Positions 27,198-37,369 of a stretch of 64,000 bases of DNA are shown here, one piece after another. The notes beneath the pieces are model-generated. The model saw only the letters and a program-made list of their open reading frames with translations. It had not been told where the DNA came from and did not search any database. Source of the DNA: Minisyncoccia bacterium (GTDB lineage Bacteria; Patescibacteriota; Minisyncoccia; Phycocordibacterales; UBA918); assembly GCA_964229335.1 (NCBI GenBank), contig CAXRCZ010000007.1, forward strand, positions 59,275-123,274. Reading direction: 5' to 3'. Every line of letters begins with the position of its first letter. Position 1 is the first letter of the stretch. The translations under genes were made by a program, and so were the position numbers.

Positions 27198-29411
27198 TTA
27201 GTTAGTCGGCCAGCTTTCTATCATCAGAAATTCTCTCTGCTTCATTTCTTCGGGTGCATTTTGCCAGATTGTCTCTGTGACATACGGCATAAATGGGTGG
27301 AGCATTTTGAGTGATTTGGTCAAACATTCTTTGAGTACCTCCTGACGAGCGCGTTTAGCTTCATTATCCTCGCCATTAAGTATCGGCTTTGATTCTTCAA
27401 GAATATTGTCAGCTAATTCGTGCCAGACATAGTGATAGGCTTTATCAGCTGCAAGGTATAAGTTGAATGACTCGATATCGTTGGCTACTTCATCAACCGT
27501 GTTTTGTAAGTCAGTAAGAATTTCATTATCACGTTCACTTAGGTTTGGAGATTGTGCCCAGTCGGTATCAGCAATTGAGGTCAGCACAAAGCGACTAATA
27601 TTCCATACTTTATTAGCAAATTTCTTATAACCACGAACTTTGTCTTCATTAAGTGGCATGTCATTGCCTGGGGCAGCACCAATGATGAGTGATAGGCGAG
27701 TGGCGTCAGCGCCATATTTATCAATCATCTCAATTGGGTTAATGATATTTCCGAGTGACTTGCTCATCTTTTGCCCTTTTTCGTCTCGGACTAATCCGTG
27801 CAAGTATACGTTCCTAAATGGTACTTCTCCTAATAGATACGTGCTCATCAATACCATTCTGGCAACCCAGAAGAAAATGATGTCGTAACCGGTCTCAAGT
27901 ACAGTGGTGGGATGATAGCGTTTCAAATCTTCGGTTTGTTCTGGCCAGCCTAAGGTTGAGAAGGTCCATAATCCCGATGAAAACCACGTGTCTAGCGTAT
28001 CTGGGTCTTGTGTCCAGCCCTCGCCGGGGGAAGATTTTGATACCGTTTTCTCGTCACCCTTGTACCAAACGGGAATCCGGTGGCCATACCAGATTTGCCG
28101 TGAGATACACCAATCACGCAGATTGTGAATCCAGTGGAAATAGATTTTTTTGAATCTATCTGGAAAGATATCGATTCCGCCGTTCTCAACTGCAGCCAGC
28201 ATGAGTTGTTTGAGTGATACCTGATCACCTTGGTTGATACCAGGAATACTCGATTCACCCATGGTGAACGTCTTGTTCACATCAATAAACCATTGTTCTT
28301 TGATTTGTGGTTCAATCACGCCACCTCCACGTTCATTGGTAGCAATGCTATGAACATACTGCTCATCAATTTTTTCAACTAGTCCTTTTTCTTGCATCTT
28401 CTCCACCAAGAGAGGGCGAGCTTTCTTAATATGCATGCCAGCAAAGTCTCCGGCAATATCTAACAAACAACCTCGCTCATCAATGATTGGTTCGTAGTCA
28501 AGACTATGCCGCTCAGCAATTTCAAAATCGACTAGAGAGTGCGCCGGGGTGATTGTCATCACACCTGAACCCATTTCAGGGTCTGCAGCCTCATCTTTTA
28601 TGATAGTGGCGGTAATTGGTCCATTAATCCATTCCACTTCAATTTCTTGTTTGTGTTTGTATTGTGAATAGCGTTTGTCATCCGGGTGCATCACCACGTA
28701 TTTGTCGCCAAATTTGGTTTCTGGACGAACTGTACCGATAGTGAAAGGGCCATACTTGAAATAGTAGAACGGATCAGTTTGCTCCACGTACGCCACTTCA
28801 TCATCTGACACTGTCGTGTGCATGGCCGGATCCCAATTAACTATTCTGGCCCCGCGATAAATCAATCCATCGTTGTACATTCGGATAAAAGCCTCAGTAA
28901 CTGCGTTGTATCGTTTTTCGTCTAGGGTGTAAGCGTAACGACTCCAATCCATGCTGGCGCCCATGCGCTTGGTTTGGTCGATAATAGTTTCCTTACTCTC
29001 TTCGGCAAAAGCAGCAACTTGTTTTAGAAGTTCTTCGCGTCCAATTTCATCTCGACGCTTCTTTTCTTTTTTGTAGATAATGCTTTCAACCTTACTCTGC
29101 GTAGCCAGAGCTGCAGAGTCGGTGCCTGGTACCCAAAGAGTTGGTCGTCCTTGCATGCGGTTATATCGAACAAGAATATCTTCGATGGCAAGCATAGCCG
29201 CGTGCCCCATGTGAAGCGTCCCGGTTACATTTGGTGGGGGGAGAACAATAGAAAAAGGATCCTTTTTTTCATCAGACACAGTTTTCTCGATGCAGGTGTC
29301 AGGATTAAAATAGCCAGATGTTTCCCAAGCGTCATACAGCGCACTTTCGTGTTCATCTGGATTGTAAGGAGATAAAAATATCTCCGGTATTTGAGGCTTG
29401 TTTTCACTCAT
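27198..29411 (-). CDS. valS: Valine--tRNA ligase (short form, no C-terminal coiled coil)
   Basis: PPPNVTGTLHMGHA (HIGH region) and KMSKSLGN. Confidence 0.9.
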   Translation of the reverse strand: MSENKPQIPEIFLSPYNPDEHESALYDAWETSGYFNPDTCIEKTVSDEKKDPFSIVLPPPNVTGTLHMGHAAMLAIEDILVRYNRMQGRPTLWVPGTDSAALATQSKVESIIYKKEKKRRDEIGREELLKQVAAFAEESKETIIDQTKRMGASMDWSRYAYTLDEKRYNAVTEAFIRMYNDGLIYRGARIVNWDPAMHTTVSDDEVAYVEQTDPFYYFKYGPFTIGTVRPETKFGDKYVVMHPDDKRYSQYKHKQEIEVEWINGPITATIIKDEAADPEMGSGVMTITPAHSLVDFEIAERHSLDYEPIIDERGCLLDIAGDFAGMHIKKARPLLVEKMQEKGLVEKIDEQYVHSIATNERGGGVIEPQIKEQWFIDVNKTFTMGESSIPGINQGDQVSLKQLMLAAVENGGIDIFPDRFKKIYFHWIHNLRDWCISRQIWYGHRIPVWYKGDEKTVSKSSPGEGWTQDPDTLDTWFSSGLWTFSTLGWPEQTEDLKRYHPTTVLETGYDIIFFWVARMVLMSTYLLGEVPFRNVYLHGLVRDEKGQKMSKSLGNIINPIEMIDKYGADATRLSLIIGAAPGNDMPLNEDKVRGYKKFANKVWNISRFVLTSIADTDWAQSPNLSERDNEILTDLQNTVDEVANDIESFNLYLAADKAYHYVWHELADNILEESKPILNGEDNEAKRARQEVLKECLTKSLKMLHPFMPYVTETIWQNAPEEMKQREFLMIESWPTN

Positions 29412-29458
29412 ATATTAAGCGATGGTAGCATGAAAAGAAGCTAGATTGAAGTTATTCA

Positions 29459-30631
29459 TTACGCCAATGATTTATTTCCATCAGCGCGGATAACATCCGA
29501 TGCGTCCGGTGCAATCGCACTGCCGGCTCTCGCGTGGCCAGCTAAAGCAATCATTATACTGTTATCAGTAGATAGGGAAGGCGCTGGAAAGTACACAGTG
29601 ACATCGGGTAAATGCTCTAAGAAATATTTTTCAAATTCGTGCTTGATGTGTTGATTGGCACTCACTCCACCGCCAACAATCAGAGTTTTGGCTTGAGTTT
29701 GTTTACTTGCGGCAGCAGTTTTCTTTATGAGCACTTCTGTCACCACATCTTCAAAATCTCTAGCGATTGCTTGTATGTCAGTCTCGCTCAATTCTTTCTC
29801 CTGCACTGCATAGCGCACGGCCGTCTTTAAGCCTGAAAACGAAAAATCCAAGTCACCAGACTGCAACATTGGCTTCGGTAAGTCAGCAAAAGCTGGTAAG
29901 TTGTTTACTCTGGCAACCTTGGCTTGTTTGCCAATTTCAGGTCCACCGGGATAGGGAAGTCCGAGTAAACGAGCGACTTTATCAAACGCTTCGCCAACCG
30001 CATCGTCTCTCGTTTGGCCAACTTTTTTGTAGCTTTGCCAATCATCCATGGCTATGAGCTCGGTATGTCCACCAGAAATAAGCAGACTGATAGCAGGGAA
30101 GGTGATGTCTGAGAGCTGGTCATCACGATCGCTATCGTACACACTAGCTAATACGTGTCCTTCCATGTGATTGGTTGGAACTACCGGAATATTCCACAAG
30201 AGTGCCAGTGCGCGAGCAAAGTTCACTCCCACCCACAACGCAGGCTCCAAGCCAGGACCATTGGTGACAGCAATAATGTCTATTTCGACAAGTGAATGAT
30301 TACGTGCAAATTCAAGTAGTGAATCAGCCAGTCCAGGCTCACGCTCCAGAATCTTCCTCACCGCTTGTTCTTTAGTACTTTCTATGTCGATTGAATCGGT
30401 GTGTAGCTCATCAGCTTCTTCTAGGGTGTTTTTTAGAATTGGGACGATAGTGGCAACATGCTCTCGTTTAGCCAGACGAGGGAACACGCCACCGTATTCA
30501 CGGTGAATATCCACCTGGCTCCATAAGCAATTTCCTAGTATTTCGTAGGTAGCGTGCGGAAACTCACCAGTTGCTTCTATCAAACTAATAGCAGTTTCGT
30601 CACATGATGTCTCAATCGAAAGGATTCGCAT
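29459..30631 (-). CDS. tsaD: tRNA N6-adenosine threonylcarbamoyltransferase TsaD
   Basis: MRILSIETSCDETA start, HMEGH metal site, and GGVSAN. Confidence 0.88.
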   Translation of the reverse strand: MRILSIETSCDETAISLIEATGEFPHATYEILGNCLWSQVDIHREYGGVFPRLAKREHVATIVPILKNTLEEADELHTDSIDIESTKEQAVRKILEREPGLADSLLEFARNHSLVEIDIIAVTNGPGLEPALWVGVNFARALALLWNIPVVPTNHMEGHVLASVYDSDRDDQLSDITFPAISLLISGGHTELIAMDDWQSYKKVGQTRDDAVGEAFDKVARLLGLPYPGGPEIGKQAKVARVNNLPAFADLPKPMLQSGDLDFSFSGLKTAVRYAVQEKELSETDIQAIARDFEDVVTEVLIKKTAAASKQTQAKTLIVGGGVSANQHIKHEFEKYFLEHLPDVTVYFPAPSLSTDNSIMIALAGHARAGSAIAPDASDVIRADGNKSLA

Positions 30632-30647
30632 TTTAGTACTATATATA

Positions 30648-31571
30648 ATGCTTACTGGCTTGGCAAAACTATGGTATCGTCAAATGCAAATGAAAACTGT
30701 AGTAACTCATAACGGAAGCTTCCACAGCGATGAAGTGTTTGCCATTGCAACACTCCAATTAGTGTACGGCAAAGAAGAGATAGAAATTATTCGCACCAGA
30801 GAAGAATCCATCATTACTAGTGCAGACATTGTAGTGGATGTAGGTGGAGTATATGATCCACAATCAAATAGGTTTGATCACCATCAAACAGATGGCCCAG
30901 TTCGACCTAACAGTATTCCTTATGCCGCTTTCGGTTTGGTATGGAAAGAATATTCGCAACAATTGGTTGATGAGTCTATCGCCAGTCATATAGAAGAGAC
31001 ATTGGTGCAACCAATTGACGCTGGAGATAACGGTTTAGAGTTGTATAAAGTCAACGAAATTGGAGTAAAACCAACTGAGTTGTATGCAGTCGTGTCATCG
31101 TATCACCCAATCGGTATTGCAACAGACGTTGAATATTATGAAGCATTTCTACAAGCGGTTGATTTTGCTCGGTGTTATGTGGAAAGAATAATAAAGCATG
31201 GAGAACACATTGAAGAAGAAAAAAAGAAAGCTGAGGAATTGTATATAGCCGCAACTGATAAAAGTATCATAGTCTCACCACAATCGATCAGCAGAGGATT
31301 ATTTAATGAATACGAAGAGCCTTTAGTGGTGGTCTCACCTTCTCCTAATGATTCAACAAAATGGAGGGCTAGCACTGTACCTGTAAGAGGTGAATCATTT
31401 GAAACCAGGGTCAAATTTCCTTCTTCTTGGGCAGGTCTCAGCAATCAAGAATTAATTAATGTCAGTGGAATTGAAGGGGCCCAATTTTGTCATAAGGGTG
31501 GATTCTTGTTTGTGTGTGATTCAAAAGAAGGTGCAATTACAGCGGCTAAAATAGCTACTAAAAATATTTAA
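30648..31571 (+). CDS. MYG1/UPF0160 family metal-dependent hydrolase
   Basis: THNGSFHSDEVFA and FDHHQ motifs. The true start may be the ATG at 30690. Confidence 0.75.
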   Translation: MLTGLAKLWYRQMQMKTVVTHNGSFHSDEVFAIATLQLVYGKEEIEIIRTREESIITSADIVVDVGGVYDPQSNRFDHHQTDGPVRPNSIPYAAFGLVWKEYSQQLVDESIASHIEETLVQPIDAGDNGLELYKVNEIGVKPTELYAVVSSYHPIGIATDVEYYEAFLQAVDFARCYVERIIKHGEHIEEEKKKAEELYIAATDKSIIVSPQSISRGLFNEYEEPLVVVSPSPNDSTKWRASTVPVRGESFETRVKFPSSWAGLSNQELINVSGIEGAQFCHKGGFLFVCDSKEGAITAAKIATKNI

Positions 31572-31578
31572 AATTTTG

Positions 31579-31651
31579 TGTCCGGTACAAGACTTGAACT
31601 TGTGACCTCTACAATGTCAATGTAGCGCTCTACCAGCTGAGCTAACCGGAC
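31579..31651 (-). tRNA. tRNA-Val(GAC)
   Basis: Acceptor gtccggt/accggac. Anticodon arm ctaca-ttGACat-tgtag. T arm acaag-ttcaagt-cttgt. Confidence 0.9.
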
Positions 31652-31676
31652 AAATAGGTGGCTATTAGTATACTTA

Positions 31677-32579
31677 TTATCTGAACAAAGCCAAACCTTC
31701 TTCGATTGCCTCGTCAGCACGACGATTTTTTAAATATTCTGATTGTTCAACCTTTCTTTCAGAGTCCAGTTTATCCGCGATACTCCTCACGAAATCTAAT
31801 GAACGCTGAAGATGCTTTGCAGCAGCTGGATTTTTCTCGTTGGCATACTCGATGAAAGTAGTCAGCTGCTCTACAATTTCTAAAATTGTGACGTGCTTAG
31901 ATATGTGGTCATGTAGAGCATCAGCGTCTTTCAGTCTGGTCATGTCACGCAACATTGGCAAATCAACAGCCACTACTGCACGAGCCATACTGTGCAGCTC
32001 ACCTCTAACACCCGTGTTTTCGGAAGAAAAGTATTTAACCACTGCCAATCTATTGTCCTTGCCGTCGTAGGCATCTATCTCATCTTTAATTCGTCTAAAT
32101 TTAGCAAGCACATCTTTTGAGAAGGTTACATCAACACCTAGTCCAAGGTGACCATATGAGTTTCCTTCTAGTGTTTCAAGAACGATATCAACGCCATTTT
32201 TGATATCGTCATACTCAGACGTCTTGTGTGCTCCCATACCTTCAAACCAGTGTCCGGCATTAATCCCTCGAATCACTTCATATTCTACTCGCTCAGCTAG
32301 TTTCCTGATGTCGCCGCGTGTTAAATCTTCTGTAACAGCTACTCGATCACTGTCCCGGAAATCTTCATGACGGTTTCTTACATACCTAAGGTCATCTTTG
32401 ATACTGTCGGCGCCATAGAGGTTAGAAAAATCTTCTGGTTGAAATGCTAATTCATTGAGTATCTGATGAACATGTTCCGAATTTCTCAATAGTTTATCGG
32501 CTGCTTCTTGTATATCATCAGTTCGCTTTCTTCTATCTAGATTTCTTATAGCCGCTTGTTCTGGGTTCATATTTATCAA
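31677..32579 (-). CDS. Hypothetical protein
   Basis: 300-aa ORF with no recognisable motif. Confidence 0.55.
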   Translation of the reverse strand: MINMNPEQAAIRNLDRRKRTDDIQEAADKLLRNSEHVHQILNELAFQPEDFSNLYGADSIKDDLRYVRNRHEDFRDSDRVAVTEDLTRGDIRKLAERVEYEVIRGINAGHWFEGMGAHKTSEYDDIKNGVDIVLETLEGNSYGHLGLGVDVTFSKDVLAKFRRIKDEIDAYDGKDNRLAVVKYFSSENTGVRGELHSMARAVVAVDLPMLRDMTRLKDADALHDHISKHVTILEIVEQLTTFIEYANEKNPAAAKHLQRSLDFVRSIADKLDSERKVEQSEYLKNRRADEAIEEGLALFR

Positions 32580-32634
32580 GATACATCAATTAGCATCAAA
32601 TGTCGTGTAATAATGTTAAAATCATCAAATTATT

Positions 32635-34413
32635 ATGGCTCAAATCAAGCAACAACGAGACATTCCAAAAACCCCACTAAGCTATGGCTTATACATCCTT
32701 AGGCCATTTCGATATATCGCCTTACTTTCGCTGGCCTGGGTTGTAATTGCTCAACTGTTGGGATTGGCTGTGCCATACACTTTAAAACTTATTGTAGACA
32801 ATGCGCTTATAGCCGAAACTTCCGAGCAACAACAATTGGTATTTTGGCTAGTCATGGCAGTGCCGGTTTTAATCGGATTTGAGTCAATGTTTTGGCGTTT
32901 GAGTGGATTCACCGGGATGCGTTGGATTACCAGGTTACAAGCCAGATCCTACCGAGTTTTATACCGCCATGTAGTGCAACATAGCCACACATATTTTGCC
33001 AATCGTTTTGCAGGTTCGGTTTCGAGTAAAGTCTCAAACGCCTCTGATGGGATTACTGATCTTTCAGACCAGATTCTTTGGCGTCATGTACCAACACTTC
33101 TTAGTTTTGTTTTTTCTGGTTTTTTGATTTTTACAACCCACGTGATAGCCGGGAGTGTCTTCACTGTTATGCTGTTGATTCTGGTACCACTGAATGTATA
33201 TTTGGCTCGAATACGTAGACCTCACGTAGTCTCCTGGGCAGAGAAAAAGACTAAGCTCAAAGGTTATACCGTTGACCTATTAACTAATATTGCTGCCACA
33301 CGACAATACACTCGCAGTACAAGTGAGCTAGAAGATGTGTCAGCTCATGCCGACGACGTAAGAAGTGCAGATTTGAAACAGTGGAGTATTAGTGAATGGA
33401 TTCTTGTTGCTAATGGGGTTGTCATCACGGTTGGTATATTTCTCATGATGCTTGTTTTAGTATTGAACTGGCAAGCCGGTAATGTTACTACCGGAGATTT
33501 TGTCTTAGTTTCAGCTCTGGTTTTTAATCTTGTTGGTACCCTTACTTTTATCGGAGGCTCTATCAATCAATTTGTAAGATTATACGGAGAAATTCAAGAA
33601 GGTTTGGAGCAAACATTATTACCAATCGAAATAGAAGATGATCCAAGAGCCCGGTCTCTTAAAATTGATAGGGCAGATATCTCATGGGACTATGTTTCGT
33701 TTGATTATGAAGGCGTGCCGGTCTTTAAAGATTTTAATCTTAAGATACCAGCGGGCCAGAGACTAGGTTTAGTGGGGCATTCGGGAGCTGGAAAGACGAC
33801 TTTTGTTTCGCTCCTATTACGTCAGCACGATGTCAGCGCAGGTTCAATCAATATCGACAGTCATAACATAGCTATAGTGACTCAAGATTCACTCCGAGAG
33901 CATATTGCGGTAGTACCACAGGAGCCACTTCTGTTCCATCGCTCTATTAGAGACAACATTGCGTATGGCAAGCCTGGTGCTACTGAGGTAGAAATCATCG
34001 CAGTTGCGAAAAAAGCTCAAGCTCACAACTTCATTACTACTTTGCCGAATGGCTATGAGACATTGGTTGGGGAGAGAGGAGTGAAGCTTTCGGGTGGTCA
34101 AAAACAGCGTGTTGCCATTGCTAGAGCTATGTTAAAAGATGCACCGATATTAGTTCTTGATGAAGCGACTTCAGCCCTCGATAGTGAAAGTGAAGTGGCA
34201 ATTCAAAAGGCATTAGAAGAATTGATGGAAGGAAAAACTGTAATTGCAGTAGCTCACCGACTTTCTACTTTGCGTAAAATGGATCGAATCATTGTGCTCG
34301 AAGAAGGGCAGATTGTTGAAGATGGTACGCATGAAGAACTCTCACAGCAGGGTGGTATCTACCAAAGACTCTGGGAGCATCAGGCCGGAGGATTTCTCAC
34401 CGATGAAGAGTAG
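32635..34413 (+). CDS. ABC transporter, fused permease/ATPase (MsbA/multidrug-exporter type)
   Basis: 6-TM domain, Walker A GHSGAGKTT, signature LSGGQKQR, Walker B ILVLDEATSALD. Confidence 0.9.
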   Translation: MAQIKQQRDIPKTPLSYGLYILRPFRYIALLSLAWVVIAQLLGLAVPYTLKLIVDNALIAETSEQQQLVFWLVMAVPVLIGFESMFWRLSGFTGMRWITRLQARSYRVLYRHVVQHSHTYFANRFAGSVSSKVSNASDGITDLSDQILWRHVPTLLSFVFSGFLIFTTHVIAGSVFTVMLLILVPLNVYLARIRRPHVVSWAEKKTKLKGYTVDLLTNIAATRQYTRSTSELEDVSAHADDVRSADLKQWSISEWILVANGVVITVGIFLMMLVLVLNWQAGNVTTGDFVLVSALVFNLVGTLTFIGGSINQFVRLYGEIQEGLEQTLLPIEIEDDPRARSLKIDRADISWDYVSFDYEGVPVFKDFNLKIPAGQRLGLVGHSGAGKTTFVSLLLRQHDVSAGSINIDSHNIAIVTQDSLREHIAVVPQEPLLFHRSIRDNIAYGKPGATEVEIIAVAKKAQAHNFITTLPNGYETLVGERGVKLSGGQKQRVAIARAMLKDAPILVLDEATSALDSESEVAIQKALEELMEGKTVIAVAHRLSTLRKMDRIIVLEEGQIVEDGTHEELSQQGGIYQRLWEHQAGGFLTDEE

Positions 34414-34559
34414 TTAGAGAGGCGACCAATTGGTCGCCTCTATCTGTACAGCCTTAAATTTAGGTGTTATTGTAGCGCCTTCACCGGATGTGAATGAAGA
34501 AGTATCCGGACGGATGCCTGTTCTTTCACATTCACACACTATCTACAAAGGAGGCTTAA

Positions 34560-35741
34560 TTGTCTGCTCAAATAAATGAAAATGTTCCGCTGCCGATTCA
34601 GTGGCTCACCAACCACCTTCCGTGGATGATTACGTGGGGTCCTGCAGGATTCATTCTGGCAAACATCGGCGTAGTCGTGCTCGGCTGGTCGCACTTGTAC
34701 CACGACATTGTTCATGGGGTGCTGAATTTCGGTCTGACGATGGGGTCAGTCACTATATCGGGTCAACCGGATGTGCACTTTTTCGTCAATGACTTTCTCA
34801 TGATGTTCTTCTTCCTCGTCGTGGGGACAGAAGTCAGACGTGAGCTCAGTCAGTTTCCGAGTGTGTCGAGTGCATCAGTGCCGTTCATCGCAGCTGCTGG
34901 TGGCGTCTGCTTGCCAGCAATTCTGTCGGCGGTGATCGCTCCCGACTACGCCTCGACTATCTTCGGCATTCCGATGGCGACTGATATTGCGTTTGCGCTT
35001 CTCTTCGCCGAGGTGTTGAAAGTCGACAAGACGCAACGAACTATCCTGCTGCTCTTGGCGGTGGTGGATGATGTTTTCGGCATTCTCGTCATCGCGGTGT
35101 TCTACACCGACCAGATCGACCTGACCTTTTTGCTGTACGGCATACTGGTTTCGGTCGTTCTGCTCTGGCTCGGCTTCGGACCGAAAACTCCCTACAAAGG
35201 CATTTACCTCATTGGGGCACTACTCCTCTGGTATCTGTTTTATAAGGCGGGTATTCATCCGACCTTGGCGGGTGTCGTCGCTGGGGTAGCGGCTCCGTTT
35301 GATGAATCTGGAGAATCAACTTCAGAGCGCATCGAACGGGTGTTTGCAACCTGGTTTCTGCCAACCATCCTCGGCTTGTTTGCGTTCGTTAATCTCGGTA
35401 TAAACGTACGCGAGTTGGTCGAGTCAGGCATCCAAGCTGACGTGGCCAGCGGTGTTGCAATCGGTCTTTTTGTCGGCAAGATTGCAGGCGTGGCTGGTGC
35501 ACTCTGGCTCATCCAACGTCGCAACCCAGACGCAATCCCGTTCGGCAAACTGGCTATGGCCAGACTTGGAGCTTTGGCTGGGATTGGACTAACAGTCGCT
35601 CTGTTCATCAACAATCTGGCTTTCAACGATGAAAAATTGATTGCCAGTGCCAAGGTGGGTATTTTGACTGGGAGTTTCCTAGCAGTGCTAGCAGCCTGGG
35701 TCTTGACGATTGTTATCAATAGGCAAGAAGCGAAAGTGTGA
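34560..35741 (+). CDS. nhaA: Na+/H+ antiporter NhaA (high-GC)
   Basis: FFLVVGTEVRREL, ATDIAFAL and VVDDVFGILVIAVFY motifs. TTG start. One 60-nt line spot-counted at about 60% GC. Confidence 0.85.
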   Translation: MSAQINENVPLPIQWLTNHLPWMITWGPAGFILANIGVVVLGWSHLYHDIVHGVLNFGLTMGSVTISGQPDVHFFVNDFLMMFFFLVVGTEVRRELSQFPSVSSASVPFIAAAGGVCLPAILSAVIAPDYASTIFGIPMATDIAFALLFAEVLKVDKTQRTILLLLAVVDDVFGILVIAVFYTDQIDLTFLLYGILVSVVLLWLGFGPKTPYKGIYLIGALLLWYLFYKAGIHPTLAGVVAGVAAPFDESGESTSERIERVFATWFLPTILGLFAFVNLGINVRELVESGIQADVASGVAIGLFVGKIAGVAGALWLIQRRNPDAIPFGKLAMARLGALAGIGLTVALFINNLAFNDEKLIASAKVGILTGSFLAVLAAWVLTIVINRQEAKV

Positions 35742-35830
35742 ATGAAAGGGCGGGGGACTGAATATCCTCCGCCTTTTTGTATAAAATTAGTATAATTTGT
35801 ACAATAATATATATTTGTTATAATTAGAGC

Positions 35831-36376
35831 ATGTCTACAAAAATCAATCATTCAAACTTAAACAACACCTTGGTAGCAGTGTCTGCCAAGGAACACGGAA
35901 AATTATTTCAAATTAAAGATAATCAGCTACATCTTCTTGATTATGTAGCTGAACATCCGCCGACTCACAGTGATGACGAAGGGTTCTTTTGGAGCTCAAG
36001 TGATGGTGAAAACCTTGGTTCCGGTTATCCTAAAGAAACTGACGACAAACGAAACCTGGACCGCTACCTCAACGCTATTGGTGGGGAGCTGAGTGAAGCG
36101 GTCAAGAAGATTAATCCGGACAAGATACTGGTCTTAGAACCAGAACACTACAAAGGATTAATCGAAGAAAACTTAATCAATCCAGACCATATTCCAGTAG
36201 AAATCATTGAATACGGAAATTTTGTCGAACACTCAGTCGATGATATTGCTGAATTAATTAACGAACATTATCAAGAAGATCTTGACCCAGCTGATCCAGC
36301 TTCAGTGGCTGGAGAAGAAAATGCTGAAGAGAAACGCAAGATATTAGAGACAGCTCAATTACGATATTCTAACTAA
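35831..36376 (+). CDS. Hypothetical acidic protein
   Basis: 181-aa ORF. A faint resemblance to host-attachment/baeRF-type proteins is not verifiable here. Confidence 0.5.
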   Translation: MSTKINHSNLNNTLVAVSAKEHGKLFQIKDNQLHLLDYVAEHPPTHSDDEGFFWSSSDGENLGSGYPKETDDKRNLDRYLNAIGGELSEAVKKINPDKILVLEPEHYKGLIEENLINPDHIPVEIIEYGNFVEHSVDDIAELINEHYQEDLDPADPASVAGEENAEEKRKILETAQLRYSN

Positions 36377-36391
36377 TCAAATAAATAATAT

Positions 36392-36898
36392 ATGTCAAAA
36401 ATTGCTATTGTTGCTACCAACGGGTTTGAGTACTCAGAACTTACAAAACCAAAAGAATCATTAGAAGAAGCCGGACACGAAGTAACAGTATTATCGATTG
36501 AAGAAGGAGAAATTCAAGCAGCTCATGATGCCGGCTCAGTCACTGTGAATCAGTTGATTGAGGGTAGTGATGCCAATGACTACGATGGCGTGGTGTTGCC
36601 AGGGGGAGTGGCCAACCCTGATATACTGCGCACTCACAGCCACGCAGTTGCGTTTATTCGTCATTTTATTGACGCCAATAAGCCAGTCGCTGCCATTTGT
36701 CATGGTCCCTGGACATTAATCGAAGCTGATGCGGTAGCAGGCAAGAGAGTTACTTCATGGCCATAACTCCGCACAGACTTAGAAAACGCTGGAGCTAACT
36801 GGGTAGACGAAGAAGTTGTTACTGACGGTATGTTGGTTACTAGCCGCAAGCCAGACGATATTCCAGCTTTTGTTGAGGCTTTTAAGGAGTTACTTTAA
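36392..36898 (+). pseudogene. DJ-1/PfpI family protein interrupted by an in-frame TAA at 36764-36766
   Basis: AAICHGPWTL nucleophile-elbow motif. The same frame continues after the stop as [35 protein letters not shown], the normal PfpI C-terminus. Confidence 0.75.
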
Positions 36899-36962
36899 GA
36901 GAATAAAAACTCGATATAGAAAATACGTGAGGGTGTTTCCTCACGTATTTTCTATATATGTG

Positions 36963-37034
36963 TGATCCCACGGAGAATCGAACTCCGATTTCCAGGATGA
37001 AAACCTGGCGTCCTAGCCGTTAGACGATGGGACC
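36963..37034 (-). tRNA. tRNA-Glu(TTC)
   Basis: Acceptor ggtccca/tgggatc. Anticodon arm ccagg-ttTTCat-cctgg. T arm cggag-ttcgatt-ctccg. Confidence 0.88.
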
Positions 37035-37369
37035 ATGGACTACGTTGTGAAAACGTGCGCAGCATAATAACAAATCTGGCAAAAAATGCTAGCTTTCTCG
37101 AATTCTCACAGTGCTAAAAATGGCATTTATACGCAGGGTTAATGACAGGGTTATACAAAAGTTTTGTACATAGTTGCTCACAGTTTTTCCACAGCGAACT
37201 ATATTTATAGCTATTTCGGTAGCTTATTGACTCATGAACCCTGTGTGCGATGCTAGGTATAGGTTTGCGCGGTGGTGAAGTATTTAATACTTTGTTCCGA
37301 GGCTACGGACAATGCGTGCAGGCCAAAGCTCTACGTTGTACAGCAAAAGCGCCCTTTGGGCGCTTTTGC

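Noticed and set aside
35255-35851. 198-aa ORF on the minus strand.
   Set aside because: It is antisense to nhaA, which has strong family motifs. Long spurious reverse ORFs are typical of high-GC sequence.
36764-36766. Stop-codon reassignment or an alternative genetic code (some CPR lineages recode UGA).
   Set aside because: The interrupting codon is TAA, not TGA. All other genes give full-length family-typical proteins under the standard bacterial code, with TGA, TAA and TAG all acting as stops.
37035-37345. A 300-nt gene-free region with one near-consensus DnaA box (TTTTCCACA) and weaker look-alikes, considered as a possible oriC.
   Set aside because: Only one box lies within one mismatch. 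There is no obvious AT-rich unwinding element array and no dnaA or dnaN nearby. It is more likely the promoter or leader of tRNA-Glu. It remains unexplained non-coding DNA.
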